Part shown: positions 26,328 through 36,811 of the stretch, piece after piece
How positions within the stretch are numbered: position 1 is the stretch's first letter
How the letters are laid out: every line of letters begins with the position of its first letter
NCBI GenBank assembly: GCA_038871515.1
Contig: JAVZHX010000001.1
Span: 1 to 64,000, forward strand
Reading direction: 5' to 3'
Length of the DNA: 64,000 bases
Source of the DNA: Candidatus Micrarchaeia archaeon
GTDB lineage: Archaea; Micrarchaeota; Micrarchaeia; Burarchaeales; Fermentimicrarchaeaceae
Position numbers and translations under genes: made by a program
Notes under the pieces: generated by a model
What the model was told of the DNA's origin: nothing
What the model saw: the letters and a program-made list of their open reading frames with translations, nothing else
The model's database searches: none

Positions 26328-26738
26328 ATGAGGGAGCTTACTATATTCGCAAGGGATAGGGTGGGTTTGCTTGCGGATATAACTGAGATGATGGGGAGAA
26401 ATGGAATTAACATAGAGTTTCTTTCAGGAGAAGCAGTTGCTGGAATTGCCGTGCTTCACATGACGTTTTCGGATGAGCTTGCTGCAGCTTCCCTTCTTGA
26501 GAAAGCCGGCTTCACAGTTATCTCTTCTGAGATTCTTGTGCTGAAAATTCCCAACAAACCAGGTGAGATTGGGAAGATAAGCAGGATGCTTTCAAACGAA
26601 GGGATTAACATACAAAATATATACTTTATGGGTGAAAAGGCCAGGCATGGTTTCTTTGCCGTGAAAGTTGACAGGTATGATGATGCAAAGAAAATTTTGA
26701 AAAAATACGTTTCCCGAATGAGGATAAGAGGAGTGTAA
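26328..26738 (+). CDS. Tandem ACT-domain protein
   Basis: DRVGLLADI...GINI and NKPGEIGKI...GINI. Confidence 0.9.
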   Translation: MRELTIFARDRVGLLADITEMMGRNGINIEFLSGEAVAGIAVLHMTFSDELAAASLLEKAGFTVISSEILVLKIPNKPGEIGKISRMLSNEGINIQNIYFMGEKARHGFFAVKVDRYDDAKKILKKYVSRMRIRGV

Positions 26739-26770
26739 GTTTAATAAAGAGGTTTAACAAAGGTAATTGC

Positions 26771-27535
26771 ATGAAGAAGAAAAAAACTATTAGGGCGAGA
26801 CGTCCTAAAATAATGGAGGAGGCACGTGGTGGGGAGGAAAGGGTGCCTTCCGGGGTGGAGGGGCTTGACGAGCTGATTGGTGGCGGTTTTGAGAGGAACA
26901 GCGTGATACTTGTTTGCGGTGATGCTGGAAGTGGAAAAACAACTTTAACCCTGCAGTTTCTTTACAATGGAGCAGTAAAGTATAATGAGCCAGGTATATT
27001 CATAACGTTTGAGGAGGGGAAGAAGTCAGTTTACAAACACGCACTGCAGTATGGATGGGATTTTAAGGAGTTGGAGGATAGGGGACTTTTTTCGTTTGTT
27101 GAGTACAAACCACAGCAAATTGCTGAGATAATAAGGGGGGGAAGTAGCACAGTGAAGGATGCGATTGATTCCATAGGGGCAAAAAGAATAGGGATAGACT
27201 CCCTTACTTCTTACTCAATGCTATTCAAGAGCGCGTATGAGGGAAGGGAGGCAGTGCTTGCTCTTTTCAATAGATTGAGGGAATGGGAGTGCACAAGCAT
27301 GGTGGTTTCAGAAATAATACTTCAGTTTGGAAGCAAGAGGGGTGAGGCGGGAGTTGAGTTTTTATCGGATGCAGTTATACTGCTTTACTACGCAAGGCAG
27401 CAGGATTTGAAGGTAAGGGCATTGGAAATACTGAAGATGAGGGGGACGAAGCATTCAGATAAAATATGTCCATTTAAATTCACTGAGAATGGAATTGTGG
27501 TGTTTCCAAAGGATTCTGTTTTTGGAAGGCTGTAG
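26771..27535 (+). CDS. KaiC-like RecA-superfamily ATPase
   Basis: SGVEGLDELIGGG, GDAGSGKT, TFEE, IDS, KMRGT. Confidence 0.93.
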   Translation: MKKKKTIRARRPKIMEEARGGEERVPSGVEGLDELIGGGFERNSVILVCGDAGSGKTTLTLQFLYNGAVKYNEPGIFITFEEGKKSVYKHALQYGWDFKELEDRGLFSFVEYKPQQIAEIIRGGSSTVKDAIDSIGAKRIGIDSLTSYSMLFKSAYEGREAVLALFNRLREWECTSMVVSEIILQFGSKRGEAGVEFLSDAVILLYYARQQDLKVRALEILKMRGTKHSDKICPFKFTENGIVVFPKDSVFGRL

Positions 27536-27542
27536 TGGTTGC

Positions 27543-28622
27543 ATGAGGGGGCAAACTGCAGTTGAGCTGGTTGTGATACTTGCAGTTTCTCTCCTCATCC
27601 TTTTTGTGATAATTTCTATTTCCTCTCAGTATCTTGCAGAGCTTAGCTCATCCAAAGCAATAGTTGAAGCGAGGAACAGTGTTGACGAGCTAGCAAGTAC
27701 CGCAAAGCAGGTTTATTATCAGGGGGAGGGAGCAAAGAAACAGGTTTTCATAAAAATCCCTGAGGGGGTTAACCCTCAGAAGACAGGGATTTCAGAGAGA
27801 ACAATAGTGATTAACGTTCTGGGGACGGATGTTGTTGCAAGAACTGATTTTGATGTTAGAGGGAGAATTCCGACAACGCCAGGAGGTTACATAATTTGGG
27901 TTACTGCGAAGAAAGGGTATGTGCTGATAGGGACAGCCAGCCTCACCGCAGAACCAAGTGCAGTTTTTCTTCATTTTTTCTCCGAAAATGAGACACAGTC
28001 AACAAATACAAAGGTTATATTTAGAAATGATGGTGAAACGGAACTGGATGTTGAGCTGAACATGAGCTTTCCAGAAGGAAATGTTAATGTATCACTTTCA
28101 AATCCAGCTGACAAAAACTTTCATCTCCTTCCAGGAGAGTTCAAGGAGGTTTGGCTGGATGTTTTTGTTGAAAAGAACGTGGTGGGTACCTATAGCGGAG
28201 TGCTTTACGCAAATGCAAGTAATGGAGATGAGCTTGCGGTTCCAATCACTGTGGATGTGACAAGCCAGTTGTGCATACCGCCAACCTGTCCGGCTACTGG
28301 GGTGAACTGCACTCCCCATTACATGGTGATTGAAACATTCAACGATACTAGTTACACTGCGCTGAAGGACGTGTTTGATCCTTCTGAGGATGTTGTGATA
28401 AGTGGAAGCGGGTGGGAGCCTCTCTCTCAGGTGAGCGTTGACATAAAAAATCCTGTTGGAGTATCAGTTGCGGGCTACCCGAAGATTGTTGGAGTTAATT
28501 CTGAGGGAATTTTCAGTGACACATGGAATACTGCGGGTGGTATTACTGGGACTTATACCGTGAGGGTTAATGATTCAGCAAAGGAAAGAGTCACAACATT
28601 TAATATAACGGCGTGCACGTGA
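27543..28622 (+). CDS. Class III signal peptide pilin-like protein with Ig-like domains
   Basis: MRG/QTAVE followed by a hydrophobic helix. Confidence 0.85.
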   Translation: MRGQTAVELVVILAVSLLILFVIISISSQYLAELSSSKAIVEARNSVDELASTAKQVYYQGEGAKKQVFIKIPEGVNPQKTGISERTIVINVLGTDVVARTDFDVRGRIPTTPGGYIIWVTAKKGYVLIGTASLTAEPSAVFLHFFSENETQSTNTKVIFRNDGETELDVELNMSFPEGNVNVSLSNPADKNFHLLPGEFKEVWLDVFVEKNVVGTYSGVLYANASNGDELAVPITVDVTSQLCIPPTCPATGVNCTPHYMVIETFNDTSYTALKDVFDPSEDVVISGSGWEPLSQVSVDIKNPVGVSVAGYPKIVGVNSEGIFSDTWNTAGGITGTYTVRVNDSAKERVTTFNITACT

Positions 28623-28626
28623 TTTT

Positions 28627-31600
28627 ATGAGATTCAAGTCGTTTATCATTTTCCTGTTTTCAGTGTTGGTGATGTTATCTGAAAGTGTTTTTGCTAAAAC
28701 TGTTTACCTCAACATGAGCATTCACCCAATAACTATGCGGTGCTGCGGTTATGATGTTCCTATGTGCCCGGGCACTGAACCATGTGAGCCATACCCAATA
28801 GATTTTTATCACACTCTGTCAACAACAATCCCCTCACCAATTTCCACTTCAACAAAGATAAGCCCAAACGTGAGTAATACCTACTGCACTTACCACCCAA
28901 CTTTTGATACTGGCGGTTGGGGAAGCGGGTATTGTGTAAGCACTCCACCATCAACCACCCAGGTTTATGGGAGAGGGTTTGTGATAAATGAAACAGGCAC
29001 AATACCGGCAGGAGTTTGGAGTATAGGTGTGAACACAAGCTCAACAACAAGCACGGGCGTTGGGAGAATCCTCGTTTATGTTTGGAAGATGTGCGCAGTT
29101 AATGTTGGGCCGTATGGTTACTACACAAGCACTCTGCTTTTCAGAGCACAGGGAACACGGGATCACATAACCACAGGGACGAATCTGGAGACTATAACGG
29201 TAAACCAACCGAGCTTTAACTTTGGAAGTGGGAAAAGTGGGGAATTCTGCTACTTGGTTGTGGAGTATCATTTGAATGTATCATCTGGGACAGGTGGAGT
29301 TAACAACAGAAGTACGTTAGTTGGGAATATTTGGGGGAGCAACATAACATACCCAACCCCCATCAACCTGATGTATAACGTTAATTTGAATTCCCCGGAG
29401 AGTGAGCTTGAGTTAAATAGCGGTGATACTTTTGTGATGAACTGCACGCCAAGCACGGATGACTCACTTTATGGAATAAATATGAGCTTTGAGTATAACT
29501 ACTCAACCAACCCAAGTTTTATTGAGATACCAACTACTGGAAGCCTGCTGATTGCAAATGCGACAAGACAGGAGAATGTGAGGAATGATACTTCGTATTC
29601 AAGGTTGATAACAGTGGTTGGTGGGAATGATTACTATGTGAGGTGCAGGTTGTATAACTCAACCCACAGCATATACTCGCAAGCAGTGAAGGTTGTTGCA
29701 AGAGAGCCCGCGAACCTGAAAATCGCGGATTTCAGAATATACACTGGGTATGATATGAGCAGTTTGTTCACAGGAAGCGCAGTTTGTATCATTACATCCA
29801 CTTATGGGAGTAACATACCCGATCCATCAACATGCGCGAGCAACCTTCTCTCAAATAAACAATATAAGGTTCTTGTGAGACTATGCAACGACAGACAGTT
29901 CAGCAAAGAAGTGAACATCAGCGCTGTTGTGCACAGCAATTTAACAAAGGAGTATATGGGGGTTATGGGGGTATGCGGCACAGGAGATACAACTCTCGCC
30001 CCTCTTGACTGCAACTGGAATTCAAGTGAGAGGAATGGGGTGTATATTAATGCATCAAACGTTTCTGCGCTTGTTGGCGGCTCCTCGCGAAGCGCCTCTA
30101 CCTGTCAGTGGTACGCATATAACTTCACAACTGGCTCCCTGAGAAGTGATACGTGGGTTCATTCAAACCTCACCACTTACGGGGCAAGCTCTGGAAACGA
30201 CACACAAGTAAGAAGAGTGAGCATTCTCATAAAACCACAGTCAGAGATGAATTATGTTATTCTGAACTCCCCTTCAGTTGATTTGAAGCTGATGGATGAA
30301 AGTAACTTTACAATGAACTGCACTCCCTACACGAACGGGGGTTATGGGATAAATTTGACATTTGAGTATAACAGCACAACACAGGGGTGGAGCGCAATCC
30401 CAACTTCGGGGGGTGCTTTTACAATAAACGGAAGCACCGATGTTGATGTTGTGAGTGGTGTTGTATACAGCCATTCTGTAAGAGCGAACTTGCTTGGCAC
30501 CTACTGGGTGAGATGCAGGATGAGCAATGCCACTCACTCTCTCTACAGTGTTGCGAGGAAAGTTGAGGTGTATCCAGGTTATCTAAGCATTAACCTGAGT
30601 TACCCAGCACCGGAAGTTTACAACTCAACAAACTACTTTATTATTGGGCAGTACAGCACTTTTGAGGTGAACGCTTCCGCGAGGTGCGATTCGCTTGGTT
30701 CTGGAGGAGGGTGCGGTAACGTCAGGTGTTCTATCAGGTATAACTCAACCACACCATCTTCTGATAGATTGATAAGCGAGATTCAGGGAGCAGTTCCGTT
30801 CTACGTGATATCCGCGAATATGAGCTATGATTTTAGAGGGATAAAAAAACCAAGCTCAACGCACTGGGCAACCGTTGGAGTTAGTTACACTGTGCCAACT
30901 ACGTATCTACAAACAACTCCATCGTATGAACCATCAAATGAGGAGTATTCAAGAGTTGCTTATGAGGATGAAGCTGGATGGGAGTTTGGAATTAGGTTTT
31001 TTGATACAGCAATTTACCAGCAGTTTAGATTTGAGGTGAATGAAAGCATTGATTCGATAAAAAAAATAAAAATTTACTATAAAGGATGGAGTTTTGCAAA
31101 TAGAAGCGCAACATGTGATGTGGTTTCATATCTCACAAAACTTTATGTATGGAACTTCAGCTCGAACAGCTGGAGTTATGTGGGGGCGCACAGCTCCCCT
31201 TTCAATGATGTTATACAAGGGGAGTTTGGCTCCGGAGTTGGGAGCATTGTCACTAATGGCTCCCTTTACCTGCTTGTTTCATCTGATGTTGGACAGATGC
31301 CATGCCTCAGGAATGTCAGCACTGATTACATAAAAGTTGATGTTGAGCTGGTGAACAAAAGCAGTATTGCGTGCGGTAATTTGAGTTTAGGTCAGGTATG
31401 CAGCTTTTCTTGGCTGGTGAACGCCACTGGGGTTAATGAGGTGAGAACAATTGATGTGAACTGCAGTTCAACGAAAGCAACTGTTGTGGAGTCAAACTCA
31501 GCTGATGCGTACATTAAAATAACTGGGGTTGAGGTGCATACTGACAAGGGAAACTACAGAAGCTGCGGAGCAGTTTATTACAAGGTGAGCATTTATGATG

Positions 31601-32103
31601 AAAATGGGAAGTTGAGGGATGAGAATATCAGCGTGAGAGTGTACAATCCTTCAGGAGCTGTTGTTAATGAAAGCAAAGTTCAAACAAGAAACGGAGTGTT
31701 CCAAAGTTTCTACAATCTTCCTCCAGGTTCGGCTGTTGGAAGATGGTTGATAAAAGCTATCTCTTGTGCTGTTACGGATAAACCATTTTACGTTGGGATA
31801 GGAAATGCAAGCGAGTTTTGGAAGATGGAAGTAATCCAGCCGGAGAAGGTGAAGTTCGCCCCTGGAGAGCAGATTCCAATCACATTGAGGTTCTACAACC
31901 AGGCAGGTGATGCTGTGAGAGTGTTTGGGCTGTTGGTGAGAGTTGACGAGAAGGGGTATGGGTGTTCTTATTCAAACGGGGCGTACACTTGTCTGGCAAG
32001 CGCTCCTTCTTCTCCAGGAGTTCACTCACTTAACATCTTTGCTGTGTACCTTCAAACTGGTAGAATTATAAATGAAACACGGTATTTCTACGTTGGTGGT
32101 TGA
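28627..32103 (+). CDS. Large secreted multi-domain adhesin-like glycoprotein
   Basis: Signal peptide; many N-x-S/T sequons and paired Cys; duplicated Ig-like domain; MG2-like C-terminal domains. Confidence 0.8.
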   Translation: MRFKSFIIFLFSVLVMLSESVFAKTVYLNMSIHPITMRCCGYDVPMCPGTEPCEPYPIDFYHTLSTTIPSPISTSTKISPNVSNTYCTYHPTFDTGGWGSGYCVSTPPSTTQVYGRGFVINETGTIPAGVWSIGVNTSSTTSTGVGRILVYVWKMCAVNVGPYGYYTSTLLFRAQGTRDHITTGTNLETITVNQPSFNFGSGKSGEFCYLVVEYHLNVSSGTGGVNNRSTLVGNIWGSNITYPTPINLMYNVNLNSPESELELNSGDTFVMNCTPSTDDSLYGINMSFEYNYSTNPSFIEIPTTGSLLIANATRQENVRNDTSYSRLITVVGGNDYYVRCRLYNSTHSIYSQAVKVVAREPANLKIADFRIYTGYDMSSLFTGSAVCIITSTYGSNIPDPSTCASNLLSNKQYKVLVRLCNDRQFSKEVNISAVVHSNLTKEYMGVMGVCGTGDTTLAPLDCNWNSSERNGVYINASNVSALVGGSSRSASTCQWYAYNFTTGSLRSDTWVHSNLTTYGASSGNDTQVRRVSILIKPQSEMNYVILNSPSVDLKLMDESNFTMNCTPYTNGGYGINLTFEYNSTTQGWSAIPTSGGAFTINGSTDVDVVSGVVYSHSVRANLLGTYWVRCRMSNATHSLYSVARKVEVYPGYLSINLSYPAPEVYNSTNYFIIGQYSTFEVNASARCDSLGSGGGCGNVRCSIRYNSTTPSSDRLISEIQGAVPFYVISANMSYDFRGIKKPSSTHWATVGVSYTVPTTYLQTTPSYEPSNEEYSRVAYEDEAGWEFGIRFFDTAIYQQFRFEVNESIDSIKKIKIYYKGWSFANRSATCDVVSYLTKLYVWNFSSNSWSYVGAHSSPFNDVIQGEFGSGVGSIVTNGSLYLLVSSDVGQMPCLRNVSTDYIKVDVELVNKSSIACGNLSLGQVCSFSWLVNATGVNEVRTIDVNCSSTKATVVESNSADAYIKITGVEVHTDKGNYRSCGAVYYKVSIYDENGKLRDENISVRVYNPSGAVVNESKVQTRNGVFQSFYNLPPGSAVGRWLIKAISCAVTDKPFYVGIGNASEFWKMEVIQPEKVKFAPGEQIPITLRFYNQAGDAVRVFGLLVRVDEKGYGCSYSNGAYTCLASAPSSPGVHSLNIFAVYLQTGRIINETRYFYVGG

Positions 32104-32484
32104 TTGAGAGGGCAGATTGGGTTGGAATTCTTCATCGCATTCTCCTTCCTCATACTCCTCTTTCTCATCTCCCTCGCAGTTTACGAGCAGGAAAGAAAGA
32201 GCGCTGATGTATTTCTGTCAAAAGAGGATGCTGAGATAGTTGCATTGAATTTTGCGAGGGCTATTAACGGGGTACACCAGTGCGGGGATGGGTGCTCTTA
32301 TAGATTATACTTCAAGGAGGGTTATGTGCTGAGCATTTCTGGAAGAGTGCTTGAAGCAGTTGGAAACTCCCAAATTGGTGAAGCAGCACTTGTTACGGAG
32401 AGAGTTAGAATTTATTCTGCAACTCCGGGAAAGTTTGTTGAAGTCAGAAATAATAACGGGATGGTGGAGTTGCATGATGTTTAA
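32104..32484 (+). CDS. Class III signal peptide pilin
   Basis: MRG/QIGLE followed by a hydrophobic helix (TTG start). Confidence 0.85.
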   Translation: MRGQIGLEFFIAFSFLILLFLISLAVYEQERKSADVFLSKEDAEIVALNFARAINGVHQCGDGCSYRLYFKEGYVLSISGRVLEAVGNSQIGEAALVTERVRIYSATPGKFVEVRNNNGMVELHDV

Positions 32485-32968
32485 AGGACAGGTTATATCA
32501 ACGGATATGCTTGTCGCGTTTGTGATATTTCTGTTCATACTGGATGCATCTGTTTTGCTTTGGGGGGAGAAGCTTGCAAAAGCAAAGCAGATAGAGGATG
32601 AGAGATGGCTGGAGGATGTTGCGAGAGCTGCAAGCAACCAACTTCTCACTCCGGGCGATCCTGCGGATTGGGAGGTGAGTGGAAGCTCTCTGAATTCATT
32701 TGGGCTTACCAGCTCAGATAATGTTATCAAGTGGGAAAAATTTGAGAGGATGGAGGAGCTTGCGCAGGAGCCTGAAAGCTATTATTCTGTGAAAAGAGCT
32801 TTGGGGTTGGAGTGTTGTGAAGTTTGGTTTGGTGTTACGTATTCAAATGGAACAGTTATCAAAAGCTTTGGTGAGATTCCACCAAAGAATAAATCGGTGA
32901 TAAGCATCGACAGAAAAGCTCTGCTGAACTCATCTGTTGTGACTGTTAGGATTGAGGTGTGGAGATGA
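32474..32968 (+). CDS. Minor pilin-like protein
   Basis: KG/QVISTD plus hydrophobic helix; TPGDPADW motif. Confidence 0.8.
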   Translation: MMFKGQVISTDMLVAFVIFLFILDASVLLWGEKLAKAKQIEDERWLEDVARAASNQLLTPGDPADWEVSGSSLNSFGLTSSDNVIKWEKFERMEELAQEPESYYSVKRALGLECCEVWFGVTYSNGTVIKSFGEIPPKNKSVISIDRKALLNSSVVTVRIEVWR

Positions 32969-33360
32969 GGGGGTTTGTTATAACGATTGATGGTATAATT
33001 GGCTTGATTGTTTTTCTCTCTCTTTTTATTGTGGTGAGTTCACCCGCGATGAAGGTGACGCAAAGCGCATGGGAAAGCGCCCATATGAGAAAGATTTCAA
33101 TGGATTCTCTGGCAGTGCTTGAGAAAAGCGGGGTGCTCTCTAGAGCTGTGGAAGCAAATTCCTCTTCGGAATTGATTTACTTTATGAGCACTGAATTCAG
33201 CTCTGTATGCACGCAAATTACAGTTGAAGGGGAGGAGTATATGCTCTCAGTGGTTAAACCTGGGTGCGAGAAGATCCAGGGTGGGTTTGTGGTGGCAAGA
33301 AGAAGCTTTGTTGAAAACGGTAGGTATTATATCGCGGAGATGAAGGTGTGGAACAGGTGA
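32965..33360 (+). CDS. Minor pilin-like protein
   Basis: MRG/FVITID plus hydrophobic helix. Confidence 0.8.
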   Translation: MRGFVITIDGIIGLIVFLSLFIVVSSPAMKVTQSAWESAHMRKISMDSLAVLEKSGVLSRAVEANSSSELIYFMSTEFSSVCTQITVEGEEYMLSVVKPGCEKIQGGFVVARRSFVENGRYYIAEMKVWNR

Positions 33361-33364
33361 GCAG

Positions 33365-34171
33365 GTGAAAAGAGGTTTTGTGATAACTGTAAGCACTCTT
33401 CTGCTTTTTGTAGTGATTCTCTTATTCATTCAGGCAAGTTATGGGGGGATGAGGGAAGCGGAAAGCGAGCTAATAAATGCTCAGCAAATAGATTATGCAA
33501 TGTATATTTTTGACGATGTAGCAGTTGATTTGAAACAGCTTCTCGGCCCGGATGTTGAAATCGCAAGAGAGGGAGGGATGACTGTTGTGAAATTCTCTGA
33601 AAAACTCCCAAAAACTGCTAACCTAAGTGAATACAAGAAATTTCTTGCAAACTACTCTGAAAAAAGTAATGCGGAAATCAAAATCAATACATCGAATGTT
33701 GACGATGGGAAGTTAATTGTTTTTGGGAATGGGTTGAGGTATGACAGGAATTCAAGCTCATTTAAGTTTTATCATACAGAAACAAGCACGAACGCAAGCG
33801 AGTACGAGCTTAGCGTATTCTCGAAGAGTTACAGGTTGAGCGAGAATATAAGTTTGCTGACAAATAATGGGGATGTGAAGCTGGTTGTTCACTACTCTGA
33901 TTTAAACGGGAGCATGGATTTGGAGGGTGCATTTTATTCGGACAGGAATGCGGTTTACTCTGTGATTTATGATGGAGGTGAGATGAAAGTTGCTGTTGGG
34001 AATGTGAGTGGGAAGCATAACAGCATTGAGCTGACAAGCTCTGTTGATATGGAGGTTAATCTGACTGTAAAGGGTGAGTGGTCAACTCGCGGTTATGCGT
34101 ATGATGTGGAGATGGGGTATGAGCAGCTGAATGTTAAGAAGAAAGGATTGGTTTGGGTGGAGAAGAGTTAA
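33365..34171 (+). CDS. Minor pilin-like protein
   Basis: KRG/FVIT plus hydrophobic helix. Confidence 0.75.
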   Translation: MKRGFVITVSTLLLFVVILLFIQASYGGMREAESELINAQQIDYAMYIFDDVAVDLKQLLGPDVEIAREGGMTVVKFSEKLPKTANLSEYKKFLANYSEKSNAEIKINTSNVDDGKLIVFGNGLRYDRNSSSFKFYHTETSTNASEYELSVFSKSYRLSENISLLTNNGDVKLVVHYSDLNGSMDLEGAFYSDRNAVYSVIYDGGEMKVAVGNVSGKHNSIELTSSVDMEVNLTVKGEWSTRGYAYDVEMGYEQLNVKKKGLVWVEKS

Positions 34172-34205
34172 TTATTAAAGAAGGAGAATATATGTAGGTG
34201 GGTTT

Positions 34206-35927
34206 ATGCTTGAAACGAAAATGGACGAACTGATGGAGCTTGTAGAACACAGGAAAGTTGTTTCCCTTGATGAGCTTTCAAAGAAACTGAAATGGGATGC
34301 TGTTGGTGTAGAAAAAGTTTGCAAAGTGCTGGAGAGGAAAGGAGTTGTTGAGCTGAGGTATCCTATCAGCGTTCTTGAGAAACCATCAGTTATTCTGAAA
34401 AAACCTCTCGAGCACGTGAGCAAACCTGCAAGGCCTCCTGGTGAGATAATAGAAGCATATAGAGTGGTTTCTGACAAGGTGCCCAGTGAGGTTAGAATAT
34501 ACAGGAGGAGGGATGAGCAAAAACCAAGCTACTACATCGCACCTCCGCAAGTCGGGCTGTACACGCGGTTGCTGCTTGACAGCATCAGGGAGGAGATGGG
34601 CAAGCTTGTGACGGTTAATATAGACGAGCTAATGGATACGAGTAAGAGCGCTGAGGTCAGAAACAAATTCTATGAGGTTGGGAAGAAAAGATTACAGGAG
34701 ACTATTCCTGAGATGAGTGAAAGCGAGCTGGAGGTGCTTGCAGGGATTCTATTGCATGAAACGTATGGTTTAGGAGAGCTTGAGCTTCTTATGGGAGATG
34801 ACAACCTTGAGGAGATTGCTGTGAACAACTCCAAGGTTCCCATTGCAGTTTACCATAAAAAATATGGGTGGATGGAGAGCAACTTAAGGATGAAAAGCGA
34901 GGAGGAGATAGCAAACTATGCGATGCAGATTGGCAGAAAAGCGGGGAGGCAGATAAGCCTGCTCAACCCAATACTGGATGCACACCTTGTTACAGGGGAT
35001 AGAGTTTATGCAAGTCTCTCCCCAATTTCAGCAAAAGGAAACACAATAACAATAAGGAGGTTTGCGCGCAACCCGTGGACGATAACTGATTTTATTGATA
35101 AGAAACTGTCAACAATTTCAAGCGAGATGGCTGCGCTTCTCTGGCAGGCAATTCACTATGAGTTGAATATAATTGTAGCTGGAGGAACAGCATCTGGTAA
35201 AACAAGCATGCTGAACACTCTCTGCTCCTTCATTCCACCTTTTCAGAGAGTGGTAACAATAGAGGACACACGCGAGCTTTCCCTTCCCTCATTTATTTGG
35301 AATTGGGTTCCGATGCTAACAAGGTTGCCAAATCCGGAGGGGTTGGGTGAGGTGAGCATGCTTGACTTGATGCTTGCTTCGTTGAGAATGAGGCCTGATA
35401 GGATTATTGTTGGTGAGATAAGAAGAAGGAGGGAGGCAGAAGTGCTTTTTGAGGCGATGCACACAGGACATGCGGTTTGCTCAACAATGCACGCTGACAC
35501 TGCTGCACAGGTGCTGCGAAGGCTTATGGAGCCACCCATAGAGATACCTATGGTGGAGCTTGAATCACTTCACCTTATTGTTGTTCAATACAGGGACAGA
35601 AGAAGCAACATAAGGAGGACTCTTGAAATAACCGAGATAGTCCCTGGAATTGGAGGGGAGAAACTATCAATGAATCACATCTATCACTGGAGGCCGAGAG
35701 GAGATGTTTTTGAAAAAGCAAACGAGCCAATCCGAATAAATGAGGCACTTAACCTACACACGGGGATGACGCAGAAGGAGATTGCTGATGATTTAAATGA
35801 AAGAAAAGCAGTTTTGGAATGGATGGTGAAGAACGGAATAAACACGATTGACAAAGTTGGGGAGGTTATGCAGAAGTATTACAACAACCCAGATGAGTTC
35901 ATAAGGGAGAACAGAATAAGGAGGTGA
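34206..35927 (+). CDS. Type IV pilus assembly ATPase (CpaF/VirB11/FlaI family)
   Basis: GGTASGKT, TIEDTREL, LRMRPDRIIVGEIR, AMHTGH..STMHA. Confidence 0.96.
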   Translation: MLETKMDELMELVEHRKVVSLDELSKKLKWDAVGVEKVCKVLERKGVVELRYPISVLEKPSVILKKPLEHVSKPARPPGEIIEAYRVVSDKVPSEVRIYRRRDEQKPSYYIAPPQVGLYTRLLLDSIREEMGKLVTVNIDELMDTSKSAEVRNKFYEVGKKRLQETIPEMSESELEVLAGILLHETYGLGELELLMGDDNLEEIAVNNSKVPIAVYHKKYGWMESNLRMKSEEEIANYAMQIGRKAGRQISLLNPILDAHLVTGDRVYASLSPISAKGNTITIRRFARNPWTITDFIDKKLSTISSEMAALLWQAIHYELNIIVAGGTASGKTSMLNTLCSFIPPFQRVVTIEDTRELSLPSFIWNWVPMLTRLPNPEGLGEVSMLDLMLASLRMRPDRIIVGEIRRRREAEVLFEAMHTGHAVCSTMHADTAAQVLRRLMEPPIEIPMVELESLHLIVVQYRDRRSNIRRTLEITEIVPGIGGEKLSMNHIYHWRPRGDVFEKANEPIRINEALNLHTGMTQKEIADDLNERKAVLEWMVKNGINTIDKVGEVMQKYYNNPDEFIRENRIRR

Positions 35928-36811
35928 AGAAAACGAGAGTTCCCTTCATGGTATTTTCAATTGAGCAGGCATCGCGAGTGAACAGAAGGTTAATTGGAAT
36001 TGGAAACTTAATTGTAAGGGTTTACCCAAGTATAAAGTATGATTTGAGAAGCAGTGCTTTCGATATAGAGGCAGGTGCGTATGTTGCTGCTGCGCTTCTC
36101 TCCGCGGTTCTTTGGGGAGGGGGAATGTATCTTTTTTCTTATTTTATGCTTTCCATGAGGGAAATTGAGAATACCGCGGTTGTTTCACTTGCACCAGGAA
36201 TTGCAATTTTTTTAATAATATTCCTCTTCCAGCTTATCTACCCAAAGGTTGCTGCGAGAAAGGTTGCTGAGAGAGTTGACAGAGAGCTTATCTTTGCTTT
36301 GAAGGATATGTATATACAGATAAACTCAGGTGTCTCTCTCTTTGATGCAATGTGCAACGTCTCAAAAGCAGATTACGGTTATGTTTCAAAGGAGTTTGAG
36401 GAGGCGGTGAGGGGTATAACTGCAGGTGACTCAGAGGAGGAGGCGCTGGAGAAGCTTGCGCTGAAAACAAAGTCGGAGTATTTCAAAAAGGCTCTTTGGC
36501 AGCTCATAACAGCGATGCGCTCGGGTGCGAGCACCACGGGAGCTTTAAGAAGCGTTATAGATGTGCTTATAGGTTACCAGCACAGGATGATAAAGAACTA
36601 CTCATCCGAGTTGAACTTCTGGATTCTTATGTTTATGCTTGTTGCTGCAACAATACCAACGCTCGGTATAACTTTATCAGTTGTTCTCTCAACGTTTGGA
36701 GGCGCAGGAATAACGCCCGTTCTTTTCATTAATTTCATAGCAATTTCATTCATCATACAAGCAGTGATGATAGGGTTCCTTAAAAACAGAAGGCCAGAGG
36801 TGTATGCGTGA
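35924..36811 (+). CDS. T2SS-F/TadC-like membrane platform protein
   Basis: IFALKDM..QINSG.SL..A...YG.VSKEF; TM helices. Confidence 0.9.
   Translation: MKKTRVPFMVFSIEQASRVNRRLIGIGNLIVRVYPSIKYDLRSSAFDIEAGAYVAAALLSAVLWGGGMYLFSYFMLSMREIENTAVVSLAPGIAIFLIIFLFQLIYPKVAARKVAERVDRELIFALKDMYIQINSGVSLFDAMCNVSKADYGYVSKEFEEAVRGITAGDSEEEALEKLALKTKSEYFKKALWQLITAMRSGASTTGALRSVIDVLIGYQHRMIKNYSSELNFWILMFMLVAATIPTLGITLSVVLSTFGGAGITPVLFINFIAISFIIQAVMIGFLKNRRPEVYA

Noticed and set aside
26328..26738. Recent duplication of the ACT (and TRAM) gene pairs
   Set aside because: The paralogs are clearly diverged at protein and DNA level; multiple copies are ordinary in archaea.
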